Assembly: GCA_030156615.1 (NCBI GenBank)
Contig: JASGME010000004.1
Span: forward strand, 2,546-66,545
DNA length: 64,000 nucleotides
From: Candidatus Woesearchaeota archaeon
GTDB taxonomy: Archaea; Nanobdellota; Nanobdellia; Woesearchaeales; UBA119
Direction of reading: 5' to 3'
How positions within the stretch are numbered: position 1 is the first letter of the stretch; every line of letters starts with the position of its first letter. Below, piece by piece: positions 38,895-48,383 of this stretch. Made by a program: the position numbers and the translations under genes. The notes beneath the pieces are model-generated. The model worked only from the letters and a program-made list of their open reading frames with translations, did no database searches and was not told the DNA's origin.

Positions 38895-39034
38895 CTCCGT
38901 ATTAGTTATTTACGGGTTATTTTTTTGAGAGTATTATTATATATGCCGCAAAAATATAAAAATCTTTTGTTTTTTATAACCTTCTTATAAATAAAATAAA
39001 TATCTTTTTTACTTTAATCAAAAAATTAATATAT

Positions 39035-39463
39035 ATGTTATCATTAATATGTAGTATGAACAGAATAATGATAAAGAGAATAAATAGTGAACCATCAAAG
39101 AATCTTGATGATGAAATCTATTGGTTCTCCGATCAATTATGCTTAAGTAGTGGAAGAGATATTAATAATATTGCTACTAAGGTATTAAAACTCGTTTTAG
39201 AAAATTCTTCAAAATCGGTTCCCTTGACTTCTTTGGATGTTAGTAATAAGTTAGGCATATCTCTTCCAACAGTGAATCATCACATAAGGAATTTGATAGA
39301 TTCTGGGATCTTAGTTCGAGAAAAAAATAGAATTTACTTGAGGCGAAAGACGCTTGTTAGCATAATAAATGAACTTAGAAAAGACATTGATAGAGTATTA
39401 AGCGATATTGAAGAGATAGCTAATGATATAGATGATAAGCTTGGCTTAAATAGAGTTGAGTAA
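39035..39463 (+). CDS. winged-helix transcriptional regulator (ArsR/TrmB-like)
   Basis: LTSLDVSNKLGISLPTVNHHIRNLIDSGILVREKNRIYL. Confidence 0.5.
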   Translation: MLSLICSMNRIMIKRINSEPSKNLDDEIYWFSDQLCLSSGRDINNIATKVLKLVLENSSKSVPLTSLDVSNKLGISLPTVNHHIRNLIDSGILVREKNRIYLRRKTLVSIINELRKDIDRVLSDIEEIANDIDDKLGLNRVE

Positions 39464-39468
39464 TGAAG

Positions 39469-39540
39469 GGTGGTAGGCGGGAGTTGAACCCGCGCCTGAA
39501 GCTCCACAGGCTTCCATGCTACCGTTACACTACTACCACC
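39469..39540 (-). tRNA. tRNA-His (GUG) with encoded G-1
   Basis: Manual fold: G-1 + GTGGTAG/CTACCAC, discriminator C73, anticodon stem GAAGC/GCTTC, loop CTGTGGA; lies 69 bp downstream of hisS on the same strand. Confidence 0.85.
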
Positions 39541-39608
39541 ATCAGAATCCTGAGTCCTAAAGTTTTTTATAAAGTTTTCTATGAGCTTTTTTCATGCCTT
39601 TCATTCTT

Positions 39609-40904
39609 TTATTCCTTAAGCTTCTTTTTCAACTCTTCAACACTCATCTCTTTCTGAACTCTTCTTTTCAGGTCCTTTACAGAAATCAAACCTTTTTTAA
39701 TCTCATCGTCTCCTAAGATTCCAACATAAGGAATACCGAGAGCTTCTGCATAACTCAATGATTTCTTCAAGCTTCTCTTTTTTAAATCAACATCAACATT
39801 TATTCCAGCATCTCTTAAATTCTTTGCTATTCTAAAACTCTCTTTTAAACTAGCTAAAGGAACAATGAAGATCTGCGCAGGACTTATATTCTCCGGCTCT
39901 TTGTCTTTTTTCAATAAACTAGTAATCCTTTCAAGACCAAAAGAAAAGCCGACAGCATAGATCTTCTCATTTGTACCGATGAAATCTCCAATCATATTGT
40001 CATATCTTCCACCTCCAAGGATAGAAGACTTTATTTCTCCTTTTGTTGAAAAACCTTCCATTACCGGTCCTGTATAATAATCAAGACCTCTTGCTAAATA
40101 AGGAGCAATCTTTACAAAATTATCAGAATCTAAATAACTTAAAATTTCCCTAAGTTCTTGAATCCCCTCTTTTGCAAGATCATTTTTGGCTAATTTTTCC
40201 AATTCTTTTAACATCTCTTCATTAGTTCCATCTAACTTCATAATATTGCGTATCTTTTTGATTTCTTCATCTTGCAACCAATTAATTCCATTAAGCTCCT
40301 TTATCACTCCTTCAAATCCTATCTTGTCAAATTTATCCAAAGCGACTAATACACTTGTTAACAACTCATTCTTAACCCCAAATCCCATCATCAATCCGTT
40401 CAATAATTTTCTATTATTTAATCTGATTTCTACATTGGTTAATCCAATTTTATTAAACACATCAAAAGCAAGGGTAATTAATTCTGCTTCTGCACACATC
40501 TCTTTTAGCCCTACTATATCAACATCACACTGAGTAATACATCTATATCTGCCCTGTTCAGGTTGTGATGCCCCGTCTCTGAAAACCTCTCCTATTGAAT
40601 ACCTCTTATATGGCAACTTTAATGTTTTCTTAGTTGCTACGAACCTTGCAAGCGGCACAGTGAGATCAAAACGAAGTCCAAATTTTCTTCCTGCCTGATC
40701 ATAGCCATAATATATCTCCTTTTGAATCTCCTGACCTCCCTTCTTTGTAAGAACATCAACATATTCTATATGTGGCGTCTCCAAAGGAGAAAATCCATAT
40801 GCCTTGAAAGTTTCTCTTAATATAGATACAATTCTCTCTCTTTCAAGAGCTTCAGCCCCATACCAGTCCTTCATACCTTTAACGCATGAAAACGCCTCTC
40901 CCAT
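39609..40904 (-). CDS. hisS: histidyl-tRNA synthetase
   Basis: Class II motifs; GGGRYDNMIGDF (motif 3 region); HisRS-type C-terminal anticodon-binding domain. Confidence 0.88.
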   Translation of the reverse strand: MGEAFSCVKGMKDWYGAEALERERIVSILRETFKAYGFSPLETPHIEYVDVLTKKGGQEIQKEIYYGYDQAGRKFGLRFDLTVPLARFVATKKTLKLPYKRYSIGEVFRDGASQPEQGRYRCITQCDVDIVGLKEMCAEAELITLAFDVFNKIGLTNVEIRLNNRKLLNGLMMGFGVKNELLTSVLVALDKFDKIGFEGVIKELNGINWLQDEEIKKIRNIMKLDGTNEEMLKELEKLAKNDLAKEGIQELREILSYLDSDNFVKIAPYLARGLDYYTGPVMEGFSTKGEIKSSILGGGRYDNMIGDFIGTNEKIYAVGFSFGLERITSLLKKDKEPENISPAQIFIVPLASLKESFRIAKNLRDAGINVDVDLKKRSLKKSLSYAEALGIPYVGILGDDEIKKGLISVKDLKRRVQKEMSVEELKKKLKE

Positions 40905-40946
40905 TTCAAATCACCTGAATCATCATATCAAATAAATATTTGCAAT

Positions 40947-41019
40947 AGCCTCTGGGGGGAATTGAACCCCCGACCTGCTGCTTACGAGGCAGCCGCTCCA
41001 GCCACTGAGCCACAGAGGC
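40947..41019 (-). tRNA. tRNA-Thr (CGU)
   Basis: Manual fold: acceptor GCCTCTG/CAGAGGC, anticodon stem GCTGC/GCAGC, loop CTCGTAA, T-arm GGGGG-TTCAATT-CCCCC; 73 nt. Confidence 0.85.
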
Positions 41020-41071
41020 AATTAATAAATTAATTATAACAATTTAAATAACTTCTAAATCTTTGCCTTTC

Positions 41072-42421
41072 TCAAGATTTATCTAGATGATTTATAAGCT
41101 TCACTATCTCATTTTTCTTTTCTTCAAGGATATCTTCGCTATCCACTTCAATATTTATCCTAACATAAGGTTCTGTATTGCTCTTCCTGATGTTGAACCA
41201 AAAACCTTTACAATATACGCTCATTCCATCTATGTATTCAAAATCACATCTCTCAAATTCCTTTTTGATTCCATCAAAGACTTCATCAGGATTCTTAACC
41301 TTGATGTTAATTTCCTCGCTCTTGAAAAAATGATCGAATTCGTCTAAAATCTCTGATAATGGCTTCTTTTCAGATTTTATTATTTGAAGTAAAATAAGCA
41401 TTGAAAAAACAGGATCATCTATACAATAATTTCTTGAGAACATAATATGACCTGATAACTCACCGCCAAGCAATCCACCTTCTTTCATTAATTTTTCCTT
41501 GTAGAAAACATTACCAACCCTCATCTTGACAGGAACTCCTCTATATTTGAGAATAGTCTCTTCTACAACCTTTGAAAATCTAAGATCAAAATATATCTTC
41601 TCCCCAGGATTATTGAGAAGTTCGTGCTTTATGAACAATGAAAACAAAGCATCTAATGGAACAATTCTTCCTTTTTCATCTACTGCTATAATTCTGTCTC
41701 CATCGCCATCGAAAGCAACACCAAAATTTAGCTCATTCTTCTGGACAAATTCAGAAACAATCTTCAATGATGAACTTTCCATTGGATTAGGTCCATGACC
41801 CGGAAAATTTCCATCTATATCGCCGTTTAATATGACTGGTTTTATTCCAAGTTCTCTTGCTAATCTGTAAATCACCTTTGCCTGAGGTCCATTAGAAACA
41901 TCAACTGCAAAAGGCAGCGTTATTGCTTTAAACCCATTCAATATATGTTCACAATAGAACTCTATTCCGTCAGCTTTAACACTCTTCCCTCTTTTGTTTA
42001 ATGATTTGAAACTTTTTTCATTATATATCCTTTCAATCTCATCAATGCCTGTTTCATAACGAACAGGCAAGGCCTTTTTAAAACACATCTTGATTCCGTT
42101 GTATTCTTTAGGATTATGAGATGCAGTTATCATAATTCCAAAATCAGCATTCAATCTTATTGTTGAATAATAAAAAACAGGAGTAGGAATCACATCTAAT
42201 TCATATATATTAAGCCCTTGATTAATCAGAACCTCCTTAACAATTTTATAGATTTTTGGGGATGATAATCTAGCGTCCCGTGCAAGTGCAATAGTTAAAA
42301 AGTTTCTCTGAATGCAGAAGCTAGCTATGGCTTTTGCAAGGTCTTCTGCAATATCTTCATTGATATCTTCCTCCCAAATCCCCCTAATATCGTAAGTCTT
42401 GAAAATCTCCATATTAATCAA
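41072..42421 (-). CDS. phosphoglucomutase/phosphomannomutase (alpha-D-phosphohexomutase)
   Basis: Active-site TASHNP, metal-binding DGDGDR, sugar-binding GGELSGH. Confidence 0.8.
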   Translation of the reverse strand: MINMEIFKTYDIRGIWEEDINEDIAEDLAKAIASFCIQRNFLTIALARDARLSSPKIYKIVKEVLINQGLNIYELDVIPTPVFYYSTIRLNADFGIMITASHNPKEYNGIKMCFKKALPVRYETGIDEIERIYNEKSFKSLNKRGKSVKADGIEFYCEHILNGFKAITLPFAVDVSNGPQAKVIYRLARELGIKPVILNGDIDGNFPGHGPNPMESSSLKIVSEFVQKNELNFGVAFDGDGDRIIAVDEKGRIVPLDALFSLFIKHELLNNPGEKIYFDLRFSKVVEETILKYRGVPVKMRVGNVFYKEKLMKEGGLLGGELSGHIMFSRNYCIDDPVFSMLILLQIIKSEKKPLSEILDEFDHFFKSEEINIKVKNPDEVFDGIKKEFERCDFEYIDGMSVYCKGFWFNIRKSNTEPYVRINIEVDSEDILEEKKNEIVKLINHLDKS

Positions 42422-42579
42422 CTATTCGAATTAAACACATTTTAAGTATTGGATTTTATATTTTAAAGTTTGCTTTTTGAAGAGAGAATATTCCTAGAAA
42501 ACCGTATCTTATTTTAAAGTATTAATAAATAAAATAAAAATTAAAAAATAATGTAAAATATTAGAGTTAGTTTATAAAT

Positions 42580-44976
42580 TCAATTTTTTTCTCTTTTGAC
42601 TTCCCTTATAGCTTTTCTCATGTAGCTGTTTATTCTCTTGTATTCCCCTTTATTTAACATATCATCTATTTCTGACTCCAGCTTAGTTAGATATTTATCT
42701 GATGGTATATATTCATTTATTTTTTCCAATTTCGTTAAATAACTAAGATAATATTTGGAAGGCATTTTTTCAGCTTTACTCAGCAAAAGTTTTAAATGCA
42801 TCCTCTTACTAGGACCCAAATAAAAAAAAGGGAATTTTTGAGTTTCTTTTAAGTAAGTTCCAATTAGATTTTCAATTCCACCAGCATTCCAAATTTCTTT
42901 TTGATTTCTAAAATACTTCTTAAATGATTCCATTGCAGGAACGATCAAATCGTCTATTCCAATATGGTAAGAAAACTTTCCCCTTTTTATGTTTTTGCTA
43001 TTTTTTTTGTTTACATAGTTTACATATTCTGAGATAATATTATCATAAAAGGTGCGTGCTGCCTCAACTATTTGTTTCTCACTAGCCCCTTCCTTTTTAA
43101 ATGATCTGAAAATGTTATTTAAGTCGGAAATGTGAAAGTCGGAAATGTGAAAATAAAATGGAGGATAAATTTCAGGTTCTTTTGAAAGTAAATCTGAAAT
43201 GAAATTTGCTCTCTTTTCAAAAATACCATCCATCATATCTATATAGGAGTCTCTCATCCTTGGATTCTCAAATTCTTTTGCAAATTCTACAACTTCTTCA
43301 AAATCTAAAGCGATATTTTTTTCTAGACCTTGGAATAATTTTGGAATAGAAGGATATTCAATCTTTTCAAACTCATTCTTTTTTACTTTCTTATAAACTT
43401 CTTTTTCGAACTTTTTTCCTAAATATCCTTTCAGTGGTGCTCTCGCAACTTCTTTAACTATTCCTTGATCCTCTTGTGCTGCTTTCTTTACAGCATTCAA
43501 ATATGTTTTTTTCTCTCGTTTATTTTTAAAACCTCTAAGGATATCATCAATTTCTTTTTCTGATAAAATAGGGTTATCAACTGAACCTTTTAATTGTTCT
43601 AAAACATTGATTACATCATCTAAGTAGACATCAAAATCCTTTCCCTTTTTAGTCATTGCAGTGTTTGAAAAAACTCCAACACCATATCCAAAATCTGAAA
43701 CTTTGTCCATAGTTTTCAAAAACTTTTCTAATTTTTCTCCTCTGTATTTTAAAGCTGATTCTGTTAAGGAATCAACTTCAGAATCAAGATCACTTGGTTT
43801 TGATATAGAGCTCCTGTTAATCAGGATATCTGTTAGATAACTCAAATATAACTTTCTATCAGAATCCTTCTGAATTGCTTCATTGGTTGGCTTTAATCTT
43901 TTTACACTTTCCGTTTCTTTTGATCCTTCCATTTCTTTCAAGACCCCTTTGAAACGGGATATATATCTTTTAAGTATATTAGTTTTTCTATGATCATCAA
44001 ATTTCTGATACTTGTCAATATTGTTAAATAAATTATCTAATGAATGCGCTACATCATAACTAGCCAAATCATTTTTTTCTGCTTCTTCAAATCTTTGTTT
44101 TAATTTATTTCTCCATTCCAAGCCTCCAAAAGAATCCCTTGCTTTTAATACAGATTCCTTATTTAAGGCATTTAACAATACTTCCAATGTTTTTTTGTTT
44201 TCATCTTTGTCCTTTCCTTTTTTCAGTGCTCTTGAAACAGCAGTTGCTATAATAAGTTCATCGTCCCCGGAATATTTCTTTAAAGTTTCAAAAAACTTCT
44301 TTGTGATTTCGTTTGAGTTCTCATATTCTTTTATTTGTGTTATGTCTTCATTGAGTGTTCTTAAAAATGAAGGATAATAATCTTCGAATCCTTTGTATTC
44401 CGGCACAAGATATTCATCAATGCTTTTTAAGAATCCTTTGTCAAGTTCTTTGTAATCCTTTTGTTTGTTCAATTCATCCAAAGTTGAATTTAGAAGTCCA
44501 ATCTCTTTAGCAGCTTTCATTGGTTTTATATTCTCTCTATAATTCCCAGTAGAATACTTTAAAACCTTATTGTAAAGATTAAGCATATCATATAATTCGT
44601 CTTTATACAATTCATTTTTTTTGATCTCTAATGAGTTTTCATCTGTTTCTTCAGTTTCATTTAAAGTATGAAATTCCTTTGAATATATTTCTCTAATTTT
44701 ATGATTCTTTTCAATAATTTCTTTCTTTAATAAATCATATTCGTCAGGGAAAAAAGAAGTATTCTTTAGAATTGAATAAATCATATTCTCATCAGTTATT
44801 GCCAGTATATCCACAAGAGATTTTAAGCTAGAATCTTCATGTGGGAATCTAGGTATTCCTTTGGTTAATATATTATACTCTGGATGTTTTCTTAGAATCT
44901 TGTCTATTCTATGAGCATTTCTTGACATGCTCTCTATAGGCTTTTCCTTTGACTTTTCTTTTTTCTTCGATAACAT
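42580..44976 (-). CDS. 798-aa lysine-rich orphan protein
   Basis: Long uninterrupted ORF; no recognisable catalytic motif; contains a perfect 15-nt tandem duplication (43123-43152) encoding FHISDFHISD. Confidence 0.4.
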   Translation of the reverse strand: MLSKKKEKSKEKPIESMSRNAHRIDKILRKHPEYNILTKGIPRFPHEDSSLKSLVDILAITDENMIYSILKNTSFFPDEYDLLKKEIIEKNHKIREIYSKEFHTLNETEETDENSLEIKKNELYKDELYDMLNLYNKVLKYSTGNYRENIKPMKAAKEIGLLNSTLDELNKQKDYKELDKGFLKSIDEYLVPEYKGFEDYYPSFLRTLNEDITQIKEYENSNEITKKFFETLKKYSGDDELIIATAVSRALKKGKDKDENKKTLEVLLNALNKESVLKARDSFGGLEWRNKLKQRFEEAEKNDLASYDVAHSLDNLFNNIDKYQKFDDHRKTNILKRYISRFKGVLKEMEGSKETESVKRLKPTNEAIQKDSDRKLYLSYLTDILINRSSISKPSDLDSEVDSLTESALKYRGEKLEKFLKTMDKVSDFGYGVGVFSNTAMTKKGKDFDVYLDDVINVLEQLKGSVDNPILSEKEIDDILRGFKNKREKKTYLNAVKKAAQEDQGIVKEVARAPLKGYLGKKFEKEVYKKVKKNEFEKIEYPSIPKLFQGLEKNIALDFEEVVEFAKEFENPRMRDSYIDMMDGIFEKRANFISDLLSKEPEIYPPFYFHISDFHISDLNNIFRSFKKEGASEKQIVEAARTFYDNIISEYVNYVNKKNSKNIKRGKFSYHIGIDDLIVPAMESFKKYFRNQKEIWNAGGIENLIGTYLKETQKFPFFYLGPSKRMHLKLLLSKAEKMPSKYYLSYLTKLEKINEYIPSDKYLTKLESEIDDMLNKGEYKRINSYMRKAIREVKREKN

Positions 44977-45101
44977 TCAGGATCCCCCCTATTTGATTTG
45001 TTCCTAAACTATCTACACCCATAATATAAATATAAACTCTTTCCAAAATCTTTCTGTTTTATTTATACTTTCTAGGAGCAACTTTGCAAAATAACAACTA
45101 C

Positions 45102-45686
45102 TTATCCTTTTTTCTCGTAGCTAAATTTTTCTCTCGCAGAAAGAACAGAATCTCTTACAAACAATTTAAGGCAATTGCAAAACCATTCAGCTCCTGAATC
45201 TTTAGCTGTTTTATAAGGATTCTTCATAATCATTCTTTTTGCTGCCGAACTAATTATCTCTAAGTCTTCAATCATGTCTTCTTCTTGTCCATATTTATTT
45301 AACACTTCCATCAATGTTCCTATACTTTTTGTTGTTATCTTTTTAAGATTTTCTTCTGCTCCTTTTTTGGATAAGTTATCAAATTCAGAGAATAAAGAAG
45401 AAATATTACTCAAAAATTCAAAATAACTTTTTTTGCTTCCAGTTCTTTTATTTCTTTGATATTTCTCGTTAATTTCAAGGAAATCTTCTACTAATTTTAA
45501 ATCCTCAACATTATTAACCAAAAAATATACTGAATCGAATAGCTTCTTTTCCATTTCGTAGCTATCTTTATCTTCAATGAAGTAATCCGTTAATTTATCA
45601 TACTTTTCGATAATCTCGTCAATCCTCCCCTGTGAATCAATTTCTTTAATTTTTCTTTCAAGTTCTCCTGATTCTTCATTTCCCAT
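45102..45686 (-). CDS. hypothetical protein
   Basis: 194-aa ORF, coding-like; no motif. Confidence 0.35.
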   Translation of the reverse strand: MGNEESGELERKIKEIDSQGRIDEIIEKYDKLTDYFIEDKDSYEMEKKLFDSVYFLVNNVEDLKLVEDFLEINEKYQRNKRTGSKKSYFEFLSNISSLFSEFDNLSKKGAEENLKKITTKSIGTLMEVLNKYGQEEDMIEDLEIISSAAKRMIMKNPYKTAKDSGAEWFCNCLKLFVRDSVLSAREKFSYEKKG

Positions 45687-45750
45687 TTTAAACCAAGCCT
45701 ATCTTAAGCCTATCTTTTTAAGTAACTTTAATAAAATTTATGTAGTTTAA

Positions 45751-46386
45751 TTAAGTTTTCCTTACAAATTCTCTCTCACTTCCATCTTTAAATTCAAATT
45801 CTTCTGCTTCTGTTTCCCTCTCTCTATTTCTCTCGTCTCTTCTTTTCTCAAGCCATGAATAAACGCTTCCATGCCTGCTCCCGTTAAGCAAGCTTACTAT
45901 GCTTTTCTTTGCATCCATCACATTAAATATTTCACCAATTATTCCAACAGTTTTCCCAAATATGCATATGTTCGTGTCAGTTAATTCTTCTATCGTCTTT
46001 CTGGCCTTCCCTTTTTCGCCAATAACCCTTGCCCTAACCCTAATCATTCCTTTTTTTGTATTGACAAAATCCTTTATGTTGATTATTTCTAACACATAAT
46101 CTTTTTTAAACAAAAGCTTTGCCACCTCTGGATTAAATCCTCTTCCTATAGCGCTAATTACCTCTCTTAACTCAAAAAGCATTATTGGATCCTTTCCAGA
46201 GATTACAATATCCCCCTCCTCAGAATTAATATCGATTTTTGATTTTGAAATCAAGCTTAATTCTTTCTTAGTTTCTCCTTTTGTGCCAATTAAAGGAGCT
46301 ATCCTTGTTTTAGGAACCCTTAATCGATATTCATATATCTTTCCTTCTTTGCTATCTTCTTTTCCGTTTGACCTTTCCAAATCCAT
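45751..46386 (-). CDS. KH-domain RNA-binding protein (COG1094 / Dim2-Pno1-like)
   Basis: Two KH GxxG loops: IGTKGETKK and IGEKGKARK. Confidence 0.6.
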   Translation of the reverse strand: MDLERSNGKEDSKEGKIYEYRLRVPKTRIAPLIGTKGETKKELSLISKSKIDINSEEGDIVISGKDPIMLFELREVISAIGRGFNPEVAKLLFKKDYVLEIINIKDFVNTKKGMIRVRARVIGEKGKARKTIEELTDTNICIFGKTVGIIGEIFNVMDAKKSIVSLLNGSRHGSVYSWLEKRRDERNRERETEAEEFEFKDGSEREFVRKT

Positions 46387-46539
46387 AAATTTTAGACTGC
46401 CAAGCTTCTTTTTAAATCTTTTTCTTATGCTTTTTTATTCAAGATATTTTATTAAGTAAAAACAATCGCAAAAAATTTCATCGCTTTGATAAATATATAA
46501 ACCAAAATAAAAAAGATTATAAACTAAAGCTAACTTTTC

Positions 46540-47112
46540 TTGCTAGACACAAAGATGGTTTTCATAGATGCTCTAAAATTTAAAAGAATGCAAAAACAAT
46601 TGGAAGCATCTTTCTCAAAGATTAAGAGCGAATTTGATGAGCAAAGGGAAGCCATCAATGAGAACACCAATGAAATCCAGTCAAATTTTGAGTATCTTGA
46701 TGAATTATCTAAAAAGGTAGATAAACTTTCAGAGAGGATAGATGAATTGAGTCTTTATATAAGCAAGATTACAAATACACTTGATTTAGATACAACAGAG
46801 ATTAAAGAACAGCGTTACGAACAACAAAGCTTCTCACTTACTAGACGTGAAAAAGAGGTCTTTTCTGCCCTCTATATAATGTGTGAACAGAATATAAATC
46901 CTAGTTTAAAAAGACTCTCAACGAGGCTTGGCTATACAACAGAGATGACAAAAAATTATCTTCTTCAGCTAATGGATAAAGGAATTCCTATTTCTATGAG
47001 CCAAGAAGACGATGAAATCATTATAGACTTAGACCCCTCTTTCAGAAGAGTTCAAACTAAAAAGAATATACTAGGCTTAGATAGCTCTATTATGAGCCAG
47101 TTCATTGATTAA
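46540..47112 (+). CDS. coiled-coil protein with C-terminal winged-helix-like module (paralog-like of 18905-19372)
   Basis: Heptad-rich N-terminal part; C-terminal LKRLSTRLGYTTEMTKNYLLQLMDKGIP. Confidence 0.4.
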   Translation: MLDTKMVFIDALKFKRMQKQLEASFSKIKSEFDEQREAINENTNEIQSNFEYLDELSKKVDKLSERIDELSLYISKITNTLDLDTTEIKEQRYEQQSFSLTRREKEVFSALYIMCEQNINPSLKRLSTRLGYTTEMTKNYLLQLMDKGIPISMSQEDDEIIIDLDPSFRRVQTKKNILGLDSSIMSQFID

Positions 47113-47187
47113 AAGAGTTTTTCTTTCTGATTTTTTTTCAGAAGAATTTTAGAAAATTATAAAAAGAAATATTAAATATTTATTCAA

Positions 47188-48378
47188 ATGCCTCTTTATT
47201 CACATTCACGCATATTAACATTTGAAACCTGTCCACTTAAGTATAAATTCTCATATATTGATAAGCTTGAAGCGATGCTTGGCAACACTATTGAAGCATT
47301 CCTTGGCTCAATAGTTCATATAATTCTTGAAAAGCTCTATACTGATTTGAGTTTTCAGAAACTTCCTACAAAAAACGAACTTATAGATGCATACAACAAA
47401 GAATGGGAAAAAAGATACGATGATTCTATTGTAATCGTAAGGAAAGAGTATGACCCTGAGAATTATAAAAAGATGGGAAAAGAATTTCTTGCAAATTATT
47501 ATGAACATTATTTTCCATTTAACGAATCAAAGACAATCGGTTGTGAGATGAAAGTAAAAATTGAGCTAAACTCAAAATATATCCTTCGGGGTTACATAGA
47601 TAGATTAGCATATAAAGGAGATGGCGTATATGAAATACACGATTACAAGACATCAGGTCATCTGCCTTCCCAAGAAGAGATAGATAATGACAGACAATTA
47701 GCTCTTTATTCAATTGCTGTCAAAAAAATGTTTCCAGATGCAAAGAAAATCCCTCTTGTTTGGCATTATCTTGCTTTTGATAAGGAATTAAGAACTGAGA
47801 AAAGTGATCAAGATTTGGAAGATTTGAAGAGAAATGTAATTGAGAAGATAAAAGAAATAGAAGCATGTCAGAATTTTGAACCAAAAGAGTCTGCATTGTG
47901 CAATTGGTGCGAATTTCAGCCAATCTGCCCAAGAAGAAAGCATCTCTTCCAAAATGAAAAAGTTTCTCCTGAAGAATTCTTAGAAGAAGACGGCGTTCAT
48001 TTGGCCAATCATTATCAAAGATTATCTGAAAAGAAAAAAGAATTAGATATAGAATTGGATGAATTAAGGACGAAGATATATGAATATTGCAAACGCAATA
48101 ATATAGATACAATCTATGGGTCATCAATAAAGATAAAGATATGGGAAGGAGAATCTATTAAAATAACTAATGATGAAGAAAAAAAGCGTCAATTAGTTGA
48201 AATTTTAAAGGATATAAATCTCTACGATGAATTAGTTTCAATTGATTCATATAAATTATCAAAAATGATTAAGTCTGGTAAAATAAACCAGATTAACGAA
48301 TCATTGTTAATGCCATTCATAGAAAAGAAACAAATCTTTAGATTATACCATAGTTTATTTGAATGGCCTAAAGATTAA
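47188..48378 (+). CDS. Cas4-like PD-(D/E)XK nuclease with Fe-S cluster cysteines (PDDEXK_1 / RecB-family)
   Basis: N-terminal ETCPLKYKFSYID; IDRLAY...YEIHDYKTS (motifs II/III, iDYKTg hallmark); QLALYSIA (QxxxY); C-terminal CNWCEFQPIC; plus about 140-aa coiled-coil tail. Confidence 0.65.
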   Translation: MPLYSHSRILTFETCPLKYKFSYIDKLEAMLGNTIEAFLGSIVHIILEKLYTDLSFQKLPTKNELIDAYNKEWEKRYDDSIVIVRKEYDPENYKKMGKEFLANYYEHYFPFNESKTIGCEMKVKIELNSKYILRGYIDRLAYKGDGVYEIHDYKTSGHLPSQEEIDNDRQLALYSIAVKKMFPDAKKIPLVWHYLAFDKELRTEKSDQDLEDLKRNVIEKIKEIEACQNFEPKESALCNWCEFQPICPRRKHLFQNEKVSPEEFLEEDGVHLANHYQRLSEKKKELDIELDELRTKIYEYCKRNNIDTIYGSSIKIKIWEGESIKITNDEEKKRQLVEILKDINLYDELVSIDSYKLSKMIKSGKINQINESLLMPFIEKKQIFRLYHSLFEWPKD

Positions 48379-48383
48379 ATAAA

